A stretch of DNA of 64,000 nucleotides from contig OZ241877.1 in NCBI GenBank assembly GCA_965203095.1, positions 352,001 to 416,000 of the forward strand, in the 5' to 3' direction. Shown piece by piece: positions 47,411-57,269 of this stretch. This DNA comes from Bdellovibrionales bacterium (GTDB lineage: Bacteria > Bdellovibrionota > Bdellovibrionia > Bdellovibrionales > UBA1609). How positions within the stretch are numbered: the stretch's first letter is position 1; each line of letters opens with the position of its first letter. Position numbers and translations under genes: made by a program. The notes below the pieces were generated by a model. That model saw nothing but the letters and a program-made list of their open reading frames with translations. It was not told the DNA's origin and did not search any database.

Positions 47411-48463
47411 TTAAGATGAAGATCTTTTGATCTTTTCTTTGGCCATGAGCAAGGCCATTTGAGCTGTATCTATCCCCTCTTCTGAGGCAAATTCACAAAC
47501 TTTTCGAATGACTTTAGGAATCCGTTTGATTTTATCCTCAATCCACTCATTGGATTTTTTAGGAGATAAGTAAGAGGAGACATAAATCAAACCACCACTG
47601 TTAATGACAAAATCAGGGATATAAAGTATGCCTTTTTCCACTAACTGTTGCCCTATAAGGGGATGGCTCAGCTGGTTGTTGGCACCCCCTGCCACAATAG
47701 AGCAATTGAGTTTTTTAATGGATTTTTCGTTGATCACTGAACCTACAGAACAGGGGGAAAAAACATCACATGGAATAGATAAAACTTCTTCTTCTGTGGA
47801 TAGAACTCTGACTTGAGGGAATTTTAATTTTAATTCCTCCATAGGGCCTGGCCTCACATCAAAGGCAAAAATTTCTGCCTGATCCTGTATTAAAAACTCC
47901 ACAAGGTTTAAGCCCACAGCCCCAAGGCCCTGGACCGCCACCTTCAAACCCTTTAAAGAATCCTTTTTGAGATGAAATAAAACTGCCTCTTTAATGCCAT
48001 AATAAACGCCCTGAGCTGTAGATCGACTGGGGTCACCCACCCCTCCTCGGGCCACTGGTCGCCCCACCACATAAGCACTTTGATCCCCTATATACTGGAG
48101 ATCTTCTGTGGTGATTCCCATATCTTTGGCCGCTACATATCTTCCTCCTAAAGACTCCACATGAGTGCCAAAAGACCATAAAAGCTCTGGCGTTTTATCT
48201 CTTTCCGGATCGGCAATAATTACAGACTTGCCTCCACCCAATTTTAAGCCGGCCATAGCGGCCTTATAGCTCATAGATGAAGAAAGGCGAAGAACATCCT
48301 CTAAAGCCTGATTCTCTGTAGGATAGGGGAACATACGACAGCCACCCAGTGCGGGGCCTAAGCTCGCACTGTGAATAGCGATAATGGCCTTTAAACCCGT
48401 TTCGGCATTGGAGCAAAAAATCACTTGCTCATGACCCTGATCTTCAAAAGCTTTAAAAAGCAT
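47411..48463 (-). CDS. Glu/Leu/Phe/Val dehydrogenase
   Basis: GPALGGCR, GGGKSVI, QGLGAVG and GGANNQL motifs. Confidence 0.92.
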   Translation of the reverse strand: MLFKAFEDQGHEQVIFCSNAETGLKAIIAIHSASLGPALGGCRMFPYPTENQALEDVLRLSSSMSYKAAMAGLKLGGGKSVIIADPERDKTPELLWSFGTHVESLGGRYVAAKDMGITTEDLQYIGDQSAYVVGRPVARGGVGDPSRSTAQGVYYGIKEAVLFHLKKDSLKGLKVAVQGLGAVGLNLVEFLIQDQAEIFAFDVRPGPMEELKLKFPQVRVLSTEEEVLSIPCDVFSPCSVGSVINEKSIKKLNCSIVAGGANNQLSHPLIGQQLVEKGILYIPDFVINSGGLIYVSSYLSPKKSNEWIEDKIKRIPKVIRKVCEFASEEGIDTAQMALLMAKEKIKRSSS

Positions 48464-48681
48464 TAAGCCACCTCATATTGGCCTCTGATCCTCTAAAAAA
48501 ACAGAGAAATCATCATTAGCTAAAAAAAATCATAAAAAAGCTTAAAATCTAAAACCGAATCAGTTTATATAAAAAATATCCCTATAGGCAATAAAAAAAT
48601 GACTGTCCCTATCAATTCTAAAAAAAAATAAGGAAAGCTTGACAAGCAGGATAAAAACTCTCATTTTATTTTAAAACAATT

Positions 48682-49602
48682 ATGATACAGGCTCAAAACC
48701 TTACAAAAAGATACGGGTCCAGAAAGGCCATTTCAAATGTGAGCTTCACTGTCAATAGAGGTGAAGTGGTGGGTTTTCTCGGCCCTAATGGAGCAGGAAA
48801 AACCACCACCATGAAAATCCTCACTGGCTATATGGCCCCTCATAAAGGTTCTGTCTATTTGGACAGGGTGGATGTTTTTGAAAACCCCTTTACAGCTAAA
48901 AAAAAGTTAGGCTATTTGCCAGAAGTCCCTCCCCTTTACTTTGACATGATTGTGGAGGATTACCTTAAATATGTAACCCGGCTTAAGCTCTGCCCTAAGA
49001 AAAAGATTTCTCACTTAGTGGAAGAGGCCATTAAAAAAGCAGGGCTAAAGGATGTGAGAAAGCGTCTCATTCAAAACCTATCCAAGGGTTTTAAACAGAG
49101 AACAGGCCTTGCCCAAGCCTTAGTGAGTGATCCGGATATTCTTGTTTTAGACGAGCCTACTGTGGGTTTAGACCCTCAACAAGTTGTGGAATTTCGGGAC
49201 ACTTTAAAAAAGTTAAAAGGCCAGCACACCATTATTTTATCCACGCATATTTTGCCGGAAGTTCAGGCCACTTGTGATCGTGTCATTATCATCAATGAAG
49301 GAAAAATTGTGACAGAGGATAGCCTGGATAGCCTAAACCAAAAAAGTGCGAAGAGGAGAATTTTTGTCCGGATGAGAAAGCCCTCCGATTTTGTCCTAAA
49401 ACAAATCAAATCCATTAAAGGGGTTTTATCGGTTCAAAAATCCGGTTCCGGTTGTGAGGTAGATTTAGGGTTGGACGAAAATCTGGAAGAAAAAGTAGCT
49501 AAAGCTGTAATAGATAGCTCTGGGGGCCTTATGGAGTTAAAAGTGCAGGACAGTTTAGAAAACCTATTCATCCACTTCACCGGCAAAAAAGAAGGCAAAT
49601 AA
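48682..49602 (+). CDS. ABC transporter ATP-binding protein (GldA-like)
   Basis: GPNGAGKTT, LSKG and LDEPT motifs. Confidence 0.93.
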   Translation: MIQAQNLTKRYGSRKAISNVSFTVNRGEVVGFLGPNGAGKTTTMKILTGYMAPHKGSVYLDRVDVFENPFTAKKKLGYLPEVPPLYFDMIVEDYLKYVTRLKLCPKKKISHLVEEAIKKAGLKDVRKRLIQNLSKGFKQRTGLAQALVSDPDILVLDEPTVGLDPQQVVEFRDTLKKLKGQHTIILSTHILPEVQATCDRVIIINEGKIVTEDSLDSLNQKSAKRRIFVRMRKPSDFVLKQIKSIKGVLSVQKSGSGCEVDLGLDENLEEKVAKAVIDSSGGLMELKVQDSLENLFIHFTGKKEGK

Positions 49603-49617
49603 AGAGGAATCAAAAAA

Positions 49618-50412
49618 ATGACAAAGATTCAACTATTTTTCCGGCAAACTTTGTTGATCACAGGGCAGGAGTTGAAGCGACTTGTCCTCAGCCCCTTGTT
49701 TTTTATATGGGTAGGTATAAACTTTATTCTGTTAAGCTATATCTTTCCAAGAGATCTGTTCCGTTTTGCTATGTCTTACACTATGCCTGTTTTTGCCGGA
49801 AGTCCGGCACAGGGGAGGAATATTCACTTTGAGGTTTTTGTCGCCCATGTCTCTTATATCAACTTGATATTTCTTCTTGCTATTCCCGTCCTGGGGATGA
49901 AACTGCTGGCTGAAGAAAAACGAAACCGCACTTTTGACCTACTCATGACCTCTCCTATATCTTCAGGACAAATTGTTTTAGGGAAATACTTATCCCTTTT
50001 GCTGGCTCTAAACTTGTTTTTGATTTTCTCCCTCGCATATCCTCTATCCACAGCCCTTTTTACAGAAATCCCTTGGGGACCTCTCTTCAGCTCTTATATT
50101 GGTTTGTTAGCTCTCACCTCAGCTTACAGTGCCATCTGCTTGTTTGCCTCTTCTTTAAGTTCATCTTTAGTCCTCAGTGCCGTTATTGGCATGATTTTAA
50201 ACATTGGTCTATGGTTTATCTCTCAACAAGGGCAGAGCTTTTCATCCGCCACTTTAACAAGCATTATGGATTATCTGTCCATGTCTCGGCATTTAACTGA
50301 CTTCATTAAAGGTTCTTTGATTATTAATTCCTTTGTTTTTTTCTTCAGCCTTTCGGTTTTTTTCCTCTTTTTGGCTATTAAATCTATTGAAATCACAAGA
50401 TGGAGATCTTAA
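49618..50412 (+). CDS. ABC-2 permease (GldF-like)
   Basis: AEEKRNRTFDLLMTSP...GKY; about 6 TM helices. Confidence 0.9.
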   Translation: MTKIQLFFRQTLLITGQELKRLVLSPLFFIWVGINFILLSYIFPRDLFRFAMSYTMPVFAGSPAQGRNIHFEVFVAHVSYINLIFLLAIPVLGMKLLAEEKRNRTFDLLMTSPISSGQIVLGKYLSLLLALNLFLIFSLAYPLSTALFTEIPWGPLFSSYIGLLALTSAYSAICLFASSLSSSLVLSAVIGMILNIGLWFISQQGQSFSSATLTSIMDYLSMSRHLTDFIKGSLIINSFVFFFSLSVFFLFLAIKSIEITRWRS

Positions 50413-50414
50413 AA

Positions 50415-52004
50415 ATGAATTTTTGGAATAAAAAAAATCTCAATCAAGCCTCTCTTCTACTCAGCGGTTTTTGCCTAATTGTAATAGTGAGTGTCCGGAT
50501 GATCCTGGGCTTATGGCATCCTTTTCTTTATGGCTTTTTAGTCTTTCTTCTTGCTGGGCTGATGGGCCACATCTTTTGGAGTTATAAATTTTATCTTGAT
50601 TTTTTATCCATAAAAACAGCTAAAAAGGGGCTTAGCCTGGGTTGGTCTTTTTTGATTCTAATTGTGTTTCTTTCAGCCATATCCTACTTAGGGAATCGTT
50701 TTAACCGATCTCTTGATCTCACAGAGGAGGGGATCAACTCTTTATCTGAGCAAAGCCAGTCAGCATTAAAAACCCTGACAGAAGATCTGACATTTTACAT
50801 CTTTTACAAAGGGGGGAAAATATCCCCACAAAGCCAAGCGATAAAACAAGATATAAAAAACAATTTGAGCCTTTATAAGCAGAACAGTCCCCGGATAAAA
50901 ACTCTTTTTTTAGATAGCTACAAAAACAACTTGAAGGCAGAAAAGTATTTGTCCGATCTTCCGGACAAAAATGATCAAGAGATTTTTGTCTTTGCCCAAT
51001 ACAAGGATCGTAAAATTAGGGCCGAGGCCCCTTTTGCTGAAGAATCCCTCACCTCTGCCATCATAAAAGCTCAAAAAAGGGAGTTTAAAGAGATCTTATT
51101 TCTCACAGGGCATGGGGAAAAGTCTTTGAATAATGAAAAACCGAGCGGTTTAAAAATTTTAAAAAAATCCCTTGAAGATTCTGGCTTTATTTTAAAGGAG
51201 TGGAATTTTATTCAAAACAATGCCCCTCAAAATCCGCCAGCACTGATTATAAATGCCGGCCCTCGTAAGCCCTTCTTGGATTTGGAAAAAACTTATCTAA
51301 AAAGCTATTTGGAACAAGGGGGAAGTTTGCTTTTGGCCCTGGATCCAAAAGAAAAACATGCCCTTCAAGATTTTTTAAAAAGTTATGGGCTTATTTTTAA
51401 AGATGATTTTGTTTTAAGTCAAATAGGCTTGCTTTATGGGGGAATTACAAAAGCCTTGGGGGTGGAGTTGGATCCCACTCATCCCATTAGTAGGCAAATG
51501 AAAGGGCAGGCTGTGTTTTTTGAAAAAGCCAGTTCTATAAGCATTCAGCCCTCTACTTTTGAAAAATTTAAAGTCTCCCAGTTAGTGAAAAGTCATAGGC
51601 AGAGTTTTGCTGTTCCGGAGTTAAAAGAAAAAATTAAAGTCGGCCAGATGGATTCTCTCAACTTAGCTGTGGAATTAAGTAAGAAAGAATCAGCCCCGGA
51701 GACATCCAAAAAAAAACCTTCTGAGTCCAAGGACAAACCCTTTCGCCTCCTTCTTTTTGGCGATAGTGATTTTTTAAGCAATCGCTACATTTATGAAGGG
51801 GCCAATAAGGATTTGATTTTAAATGCTGTGGTTTTTCTCACAGGAGAGGAGGAGCTTGTCAGCATTCGCCCCAAACAACCTAAGGGGACAAAGCTCAGCT
51901 TAAATCGCCCGGAAAAAGTCAGTTTAATTCTTTTTTATATTGTTTGGACTCTTGTGTTTTTACTCACTGGTTTTTGGATCTGGTTTAGAAGGAGAGAGGC
52001 TTAA
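50415..52004 (+). CDS. GldG-family ABC auxiliary protein
   Basis: DLT...SLS, FLTGHGE and GDSDFLSN motifs. Confidence 0.88.
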   Translation: MNFWNKKNLNQASLLLSGFCLIVIVSVRMILGLWHPFLYGFLVFLLAGLMGHIFWSYKFYLDFLSIKTAKKGLSLGWSFLILIVFLSAISYLGNRFNRSLDLTEEGINSLSEQSQSALKTLTEDLTFYIFYKGGKISPQSQAIKQDIKNNLSLYKQNSPRIKTLFLDSYKNNLKAEKYLSDLPDKNDQEIFVFAQYKDRKIRAEAPFAEESLTSAIIKAQKREFKEILFLTGHGEKSLNNEKPSGLKILKKSLEDSGFILKEWNFIQNNAPQNPPALIINAGPRKPFLDLEKTYLKSYLEQGGSLLLALDPKEKHALQDFLKSYGLIFKDDFVLSQIGLLYGGITKALGVELDPTHPISRQMKGQAVFFEKASSISIQPSTFEKFKVSQLVKSHRQSFAVPELKEKIKVGQMDSLNLAVELSKKESAPETSKKKPSESKDKPFRLLLFGDSDFLSNRYIYEGANKDLILNAVVFLTGEEELVSIRPKQPKGTKLSLNRPEKVSLILFYIVWTLVFLLTGFWIWFRRREA

Positions 52005-52013
52005 ATACACGGG

Positions 52014-53351
52014 ATGAAAACCAAGCTGATAGGTCCTATTTTTACCTCTGTTATTGCTCTTGCCGTAGGGGCCTGGGCTTTTTATGAGTTTCAGCAATCC
52101 CAAAAAGATCAAGAGCAAAAAGAAAAAGCCTCCTCTTTGTTATCCTTGGAGTTAGAAGAGTTAAAATCCTTTCGCATTGTAAAAGAAGACAGCCAACTAA
52201 AGATCCTTAAAAAAGAGGAGCAATGGTTCTTAGAAGAACCGGTGCAGGATCGAGCTTCTTTTTCCGAAATCTCCCGATGGTTTGATGAGATCAAAAATCA
52301 AAAAGTTCAAAAAATACAAATAAAGGAGGATATAGACTGGAAAAGTTATCACCTGGACTCTTCTCCGATGGTGGAAATCCAAAGCTCCTCTAAAAAAATA
52401 TCCTTTTCCGTAAGCAAAAAAAGCTCTTTTGACGGAAAATATTTTATCAAAAAAGGGAAGGAGCTTTTTATTGGCGAATCTTATCTTCACTCTGAAGTGA
52501 ATCAAAAGGATTTTGAATCTTTCAGAAGCAAAAAACTTTTGCCTGCTTTTTTAGGCCATGCACAAAAAATCGAGTTCCAAGGGAAATGGAAAGGCACTCT
52601 TCATTGGAAAAATCACAAGTGGTCAATGGAAAACTTAAAAGGTCTCCCCTTAGACTCGGTCCGTTTGGATGGCTTTTGGACAGATTTGAGCAGTATGCAG
52701 GCAAAGGCTATTCATGAGGTTCTCTCCCCTTCCACTTTAAAAAAATACAACTTAAACAATCAAACAAAAATCACCTTTCACTATCCACAAAAAAAAATCC
52801 ATCTCCAAATCAGCCCTATTAAGGAGGGTTCTGCTTTTGTGACAGTATCTCATAGAAATTTTATTTTAGAGCTTTCAGAAGAATCGGCAAAAAAGCTGAT
52901 TTTATCTGATCAGGAAATAAGAGATCATGGCTTTCCCTTTGATTATGAAACAAGATCCATTGCTCAAATAGAGAGAAAAAGCAATAAAACCAGCTTTTCA
53001 ATTAAAAAAGAAAAAGGGGAATGGCAATCACTAAATAAGAAAGAGAAAGTGGATCCCAAACAAGTGAAACAGCTTTTAGATAAAATACAAAACTTAAGAG
53101 GTAAAAAATACAAAAAAGCAGAACCTTCAGCAAAAAGCCTAAGGGCCATTCAAATCAAAAATGCAAAAGCAGAGTTGATTTTTGAGTTAAAAGAGATTGC
53201 TACCAATAAACTCAACACTTGGCTAAAAACCAATTTATGGGCAGAAGAGATAGCTGTCCCTAAGAAAGATCTGGAAGACATACTAAATAAAAAAATCTTT
53301 CTCACTGATAAAACAAAAACTGAAGAGAAAAAAGATCTTAAAACACAATAA
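52014..53351 (+). CDS. DUF4340-like protein
   Basis: N-terminal TM helix; W.LEEPV...A pattern; usual fourth gene of this operon type. Confidence 0.7.
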   Translation: MKTKLIGPIFTSVIALAVGAWAFYEFQQSQKDQEQKEKASSLLSLELEELKSFRIVKEDSQLKILKKEEQWFLEEPVQDRASFSEISRWFDEIKNQKVQKIQIKEDIDWKSYHLDSSPMVEIQSSSKKISFSVSKKSSFDGKYFIKKGKELFIGESYLHSEVNQKDFESFRSKKLLPAFLGHAQKIEFQGKWKGTLHWKNHKWSMENLKGLPLDSVRLDGFWTDLSSMQAKAIHEVLSPSTLKKYNLNNQTKITFHYPQKKIHLQISPIKEGSAFVTVSHRNFILELSEESAKKLILSDQEIRDHGFPFDYETRSIAQIERKSNKTSFSIKKEKGEWQSLNKKEKVDPKQVKQLLDKIQNLRGKKYKKAEPSAKSLRAIQIKNAKAELIFELKEIATNKLNTWLKTNLWAEEIAVPKKDLEDILNKKIFLTDKTKTEEKKDLKTQ

Positions 53352-53396
53352 GTCAGATTATTCCCACAGGTAAAAAGCTGATATTCCTCAAATACT

Positions 53397-54164
53397 CTAT
53401 CGGATCCCCCTAAAGATCCTTTTGCCTCTAAGGCTTAATGGATGGCACAAAATCCTTAAGGAAAAAAAAGATTCCTCACAACTGAGCCATATTCCAAAAG
53501 CTCTCCCCATGATATTGTCCATTGGCAAAGCCCCCCAATAACGACTGTCTTTAGATTCATCTCGGTTGTCCCCTAAAACAAAAACAGAGTCTTCGGGAAT
53601 TTTATAAACATCTGTAGCCCAGCGAGTATAAACTAAATGCCTTTGTATGATGCGATACCGGTGCTCCTCAGTCTCTTCCACAAAAAAATTATAACGGCTA
53701 TAGCTGGCCCCCAAACTTCTCTCACTCAGCTGATAAAATTCCTGGGAGTTTTTAGGATCGGCTATTTTTGAGCGAGTGAGTTTTTGGCTATTGAGCCACA
53801 CCTGCCCCTTTTCATCAATAAAAATAGTTTCACCCGGAAGGCCCACTACCCTTTTGACCATAAACTTTCGATCTTCGGTGGAACGAAAAACCACCACATC
53901 CCCCCTTTTAGGAATAGCTCTCCTCCACAGATACTTTTTTGTGAAAGGATAACGGATCCCATAAGCCATCTTGCTCACTGCAATATGATCTCTAATTAAG
54001 AGGCTGGGGATCATACTCCCGGAGGGTATTACAAAAGGTTCTATAAATAACCAACGAAAAGCCAAAATTAAAAGGACCAGCCCCGCTGTAGAGCTAAAGC
54101 TTTTAAGCAATTCAATAAATAAATTCTTTTTCTTTTTTTTTATATTTTTTTTTGATTTAGACAT
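53397..54164 (-). CDS. lepB: Signal peptidase I
   Basis: IPSGSM.P.L, VKRVVGLPG and GDNRDESKDSRYWG motifs. Confidence 0.95.
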   Translation of the reverse strand: MSKSKKNIKKKKKNLFIELLKSFSSTAGLVLLILAFRWLFIEPFVIPSGSMIPSLLIRDHIAVSKMAYGIRYPFTKKYLWRRAIPKRGDVVVFRSTEDRKFMVKRVVGLPGETIFIDEKGQVWLNSQKLTRSKIADPKNSQEFYQLSERSLGASYSRYNFFVEETEEHRYRIIQRHLVYTRWATDVYKIPEDSVFVLGDNRDESKDSRYWGALPMDNIMGRAFGIWLSCEESFFSLRILCHPLSLRGKRIFRGIR

Positions 54165-54261
54165 TAAAACCTCTGTTTGCAAAAGGTGAAAAATGAACTC
54201 AATGCCTCTTGCCTGTAAAAGCAAAGGCTTTAAAAGTCAAGTTTTTTATAGGTTAAAATTA

Positions 54262-54963
54262 TCAGGTTTTTCCCTCTTTTTCCAAAAAATCCACAGTGGA
54301 GGGAAGGCTTTTTAAAACATCTTTGATTTTTTTGTTCTCTTGTTCGTCTTTTTGATAGGGGATTTTAACTGAACTTTTGAGATCTGGAGGCAGGGCTTGC
54401 AAGCCTTGGTCTTGAGAGCTGGCCTCACTTGTTAAAAGCTCTTCAATTTCTTCTTGAGAGGGCAGATCTTTTAAGCTTTCCATACCAAAGACTTCTAAAA
54501 ATTTATGGCTGGTTTTGTAAAGGGAGGCTCTTCCGGGAAGATCACTTCTCCCAGATATTCGGATAAGCTCTTTTTCCATAAGGGATCGAAGGAGATGGCC
54601 GGAATCCATCCCGCGAATTTCATCAATTTCCATTTTAGAACAAGGTTGTTCAAAAGCGACAATGGCTAAAACCTCTAAACTGGGGCGAGAGAGGCGGAAC
54701 CGGCCCTTGGTTTTGATTTTTAAAAGATAAGCTTTGTTTTCTGTTTTGGTTTTGAGTTGCCAGCCTTTGCTTGTTTTTGCCAAACAGATACCTCGATCGT
54801 CCTGGGAGTAGGATTTTTTAAGCTCCTTTAAAAGGGCCTTCAGCTCCTGGGGAGAAAGCTCCCCTTTAAAAAGAATCTCAAAATCACTTAAAGGCCGAGG
54901 CTCAAGGCTCATAAAAAGTAGGCTTTCTATTACAGAAAAGGCTTTGTTTTTAGAAATTTTCAT
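54262..54963 (-). CDS. scpB: SMC-Scp complex subunit ScpB
   Basis: LSRPSLEVLAIVAFEQP...IRG and GR..LY.T..FL..FG motifs. Confidence 0.93.
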   Translation of the reverse strand: MKISKNKAFSVIESLLFMSLEPRPLSDFEILFKGELSPQELKALLKELKKSYSQDDRGICLAKTSKGWQLKTKTENKAYLLKIKTKGRFRLSRPSLEVLAIVAFEQPCSKMEIDEIRGMDSGHLLRSLMEKELIRISGRSDLPGRASLYKTSHKFLEVFGMESLKDLPSQEEIEELLTSEASSQDQGLQALPPDLKSSVKIPYQKDEQENKKIKDVLKSLPSTVDFLEKEGKT

Positions 54964-55813
54964 AATTTTCCTTAGCTGTCTCTATGGAGAGATTTTTGAT
55001 TCCCATTTTTGTAATTGTTTTTTTAACAAGGATTTCTATTTTTGAAAATGGCTTTTTTTGAAAAAGTGAAACAAAGCCCGACTTAGACAGCTCTAAAATG
55101 GAGAGAAAACTTAACAGCCGGCTTTGTTTTTCCTCCCTTTGGCGAATCAGTTGGCTAAGCGGGAGGCGAACCCCCACAATGAGCTCTGCCCCTATACGCT
55201 TTATATGGCTTAAAAGGCTGGGAAAAGCCTTTGGGATCTTATAATTCTCCCTGGATTTTTTATCCATAAGCTTTTGGTGATAGGCTTGAGTGAGCCAAGA
55301 AAGGGCCATCTCTTTGTCCACTTCAATTTTTGTCTCTCTTTCCAGCTTTGATTTGAGAGATCGAGGGCTTTTCCAACAGTCTCTTCCTAAGATGACCCTA
55401 CTATATAAAAGCATTCCCACTTTTTGAAATTTTTGGCAAAGAGCCATCCGCCGGGACAATTTATTTTTTAATTCAGAAAGCTCTGGCCCTTCCTCCAGTT
55501 CTTTTTTAGGGAGCAGTTCTTTAGATTTGATATAAAGCAACCAACTGGCCATGCGGATAAAATCTCCGGCATCTTCCAGATCCGCCCCTTCTTTTTTCTG
55601 GAGGGAGCTTATATATCGGCAAGTAATGGAATGAATATCAATTTGCAAAATGTCCCTCTCCCGTTTTCGCACAAGATCTATCAAAAGATCCAAAGGCTCA
55701 AGCTGAGATTTTGTTGGAGTTAAAAAAGAAGTGGGGTTTTGCTCTTTCATATTTAACATTGTTTTATATATACAGCTTTGCTTTGGTTTTTCAAGAAGAT
55801 ATTTTTGCCTCAA
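54950..55813 (-). CDS. scpA: Segregation and condensation protein A
   Basis: PLDLL, F..MA..L..IKS..LLP and FLSILEL motifs; true start probably downstream (about 55759). Confidence 0.9.
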   Translation of the reverse strand: MRQKYLLEKPKQSCIYKTMLNMKEQNPTSFLTPTKSQLEPLDLLIDLVRKRERDILQIDIHSITCRYISSLQKKEGADLEDAGDFIRMASWLLYIKSKELLPKKELEEGPELSELKNKLSRRMALCQKFQKVGMLLYSRVILGRDCWKSPRSLKSKLERETKIEVDKEMALSWLTQAYHQKLMDKKSRENYKIPKAFPSLLSHIKRIGAELIVGVRLPLSQLIRQREEKQSRLLSFLSILELSKSGFVSLFQKKPFSKIEILVKKTITKMGIKNLSIETAKENYENF

Positions 55814-55884
55814 AACCCTCGGATTTTTTAGCCCGCTTTGCAGAGAACTATCCTCTTAACTGCTTTTATCCAAAGAAACTACAA

Positions 55885-56020
55885 AGTTGCCTATAAAAAA
55901 TCTCTTGTTTTTTATCGCATAAGCAAAAGCCAGCAGTGAGGGTCCAAGGTATTGCCGTCCCGAACAAGCTGGACTTTTGCTTATGCGATCTATTAAATAT
56001 AGACTTTTTCACGGGCGACT
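55885..56020. mobile_element. Second MITE-like element of the 4148 family
   Basis: AGTTGCCTATAAAAAA...TTTTTCACGGGCGACT ends; stem ATCGCATAAGCAAAAG...CTTTTGCTTATGCGAT; 23-bp core identical to the reverse complement of 4206-4228. Confidence 0.75.
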
Positions 56021-56080
56021 AAAGAATAATGCTTTAATGACTGGACTTTTTCACATGCCACTATTTATATCTTAGGATCT

Positions 56081-57199
56081 ATGAGCCTTATACAGGAAGT
56101 GAAAAACCATAACCCCTTTTTTTTGGCCCCAATGGCTGGGGTGACAGTCCCGCCCTTTCGTGCTTTTATGCGGGAAATGGGCTGTGGTGTCATTACCTCT
56201 GAGCTGGTATCTGCTCGTGCCCTTAAAGACAAAAATCAAAAAACACTTCAGCTTATGGAGTTTTCTGCAAGCCAAAAGCCTTATGGGATTCAGCTCTTTG
56301 GGGAAGACCCCTTAATTATTGCTGAAGGGGCCCAGCAAGCGGAAGACTTTGGTGCGGATTTTATAGATTTAAATTTGGGTTGCCCGGTAAATAAAATTAT
56401 TAAAAAAGGAGCGGGTTCTGCCCTTCTAAAGGATTTAAAAAAGCTTTCAAAAATTTTGCACTCACTTAAATCCAGTGTTAAAATTCCTGTCACATTAAAA
56501 GTCAGAACGGGTTGGGATAGTCAAAGCCTCAATGCCGATCAAGTGGCTCGAATAGCTTTTGAAGAGGGTTTTTCTTGGATGAGCATTCACGGTCGGACCC
56601 GCTCTCAGGCTTACTCCGGAAAAGCGGATTGGAATTATATTAAAGAGGTTAAATCCCGTTCTTCTATTCCTATTGTGGGTAATGGCGATTTGATTTCCGG
56701 AGCTATGGCTTTTTCAGCCTTGTGTTTTAGTGGTTGCGATGGGGTGATGATCGGGAGAGGTTGCTTAAATGACCCTTGGATTTTTTTATCCGCTTTAGAA
56801 CTGTTGAAGAAAAATCGCTCAATGGCAGAGGGGGTAGGTTCTCCCCGCGAAAAAACAATGGATGGGGAAGAGAAAAGCACCTGGATTGGCCCCAACAAAA
56901 ACAATATAACACTTGATTTTATTAGTCCAAAAGGCAAAAACTTTAAATTGGTAATGGATCGGTTAAAAAATCACTTGGAGGAATTTTATGATGAGCGACT
57001 CTTCCTTTTACAGATTAAAAAGTTTTCTGCATGGTTTTCTGCCGGCTTTCCCCACTCGACAGAATTTCGAAAATCTCTTTTTCAGGAAAAAGACAAACAG
57101 ATAGCCTTGCAAAAAATTGATGAATTTTTTACAGAGGTTCAAGATGAACAAAAGCCCCCTCCAGTTTATGAGCCTTTTTTAATGAAAGGGCATGGATAG
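56081..57199 (+). CDS. dusB: tRNA-dihydrouridine synthase
   Basis: LAPMAG, DLNLGCP, HGRTR and VMIGRG motifs. Confidence 0.9.
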   Translation: MSLIQEVKNHNPFFLAPMAGVTVPPFRAFMREMGCGVITSELVSARALKDKNQKTLQLMEFSASQKPYGIQLFGEDPLIIAEGAQQAEDFGADFIDLNLGCPVNKIIKKGAGSALLKDLKKLSKILHSLKSSVKIPVTLKVRTGWDSQSLNADQVARIAFEEGFSWMSIHGRTRSQAYSGKADWNYIKEVKSRSSIPIVGNGDLISGAMAFSALCFSGCDGVMIGRGCLNDPWIFLSALELLKKNRSMAEGVGSPREKTMDGEEKSTWIGPNKNNITLDFISPKGKNFKLVMDRLKNHLEEFYDERLFLLQIKKFSAWFSAGFPHSTEFRKSLFQEKDKQIALQKIDEFFTEVQDEQKPPPVYEPFLMKGHG

Positions 57200-57209
57200 T
57201 TTATTTAGG

Positions 57210-57235
57210 TGGATTCCCGCTTTCGCGGGAATGAC
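57210..57235 (-). repeat. dRS3/REP-like palindrome (canonical copy)
   Basis: TGGATTCCCGCTTTCGCGGGAATGAC. Confidence 0.8.
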
Positions 57236-57269
57236 TTGCTTTCGCGGAGGGCTATTTTAGAGGTTTGTT

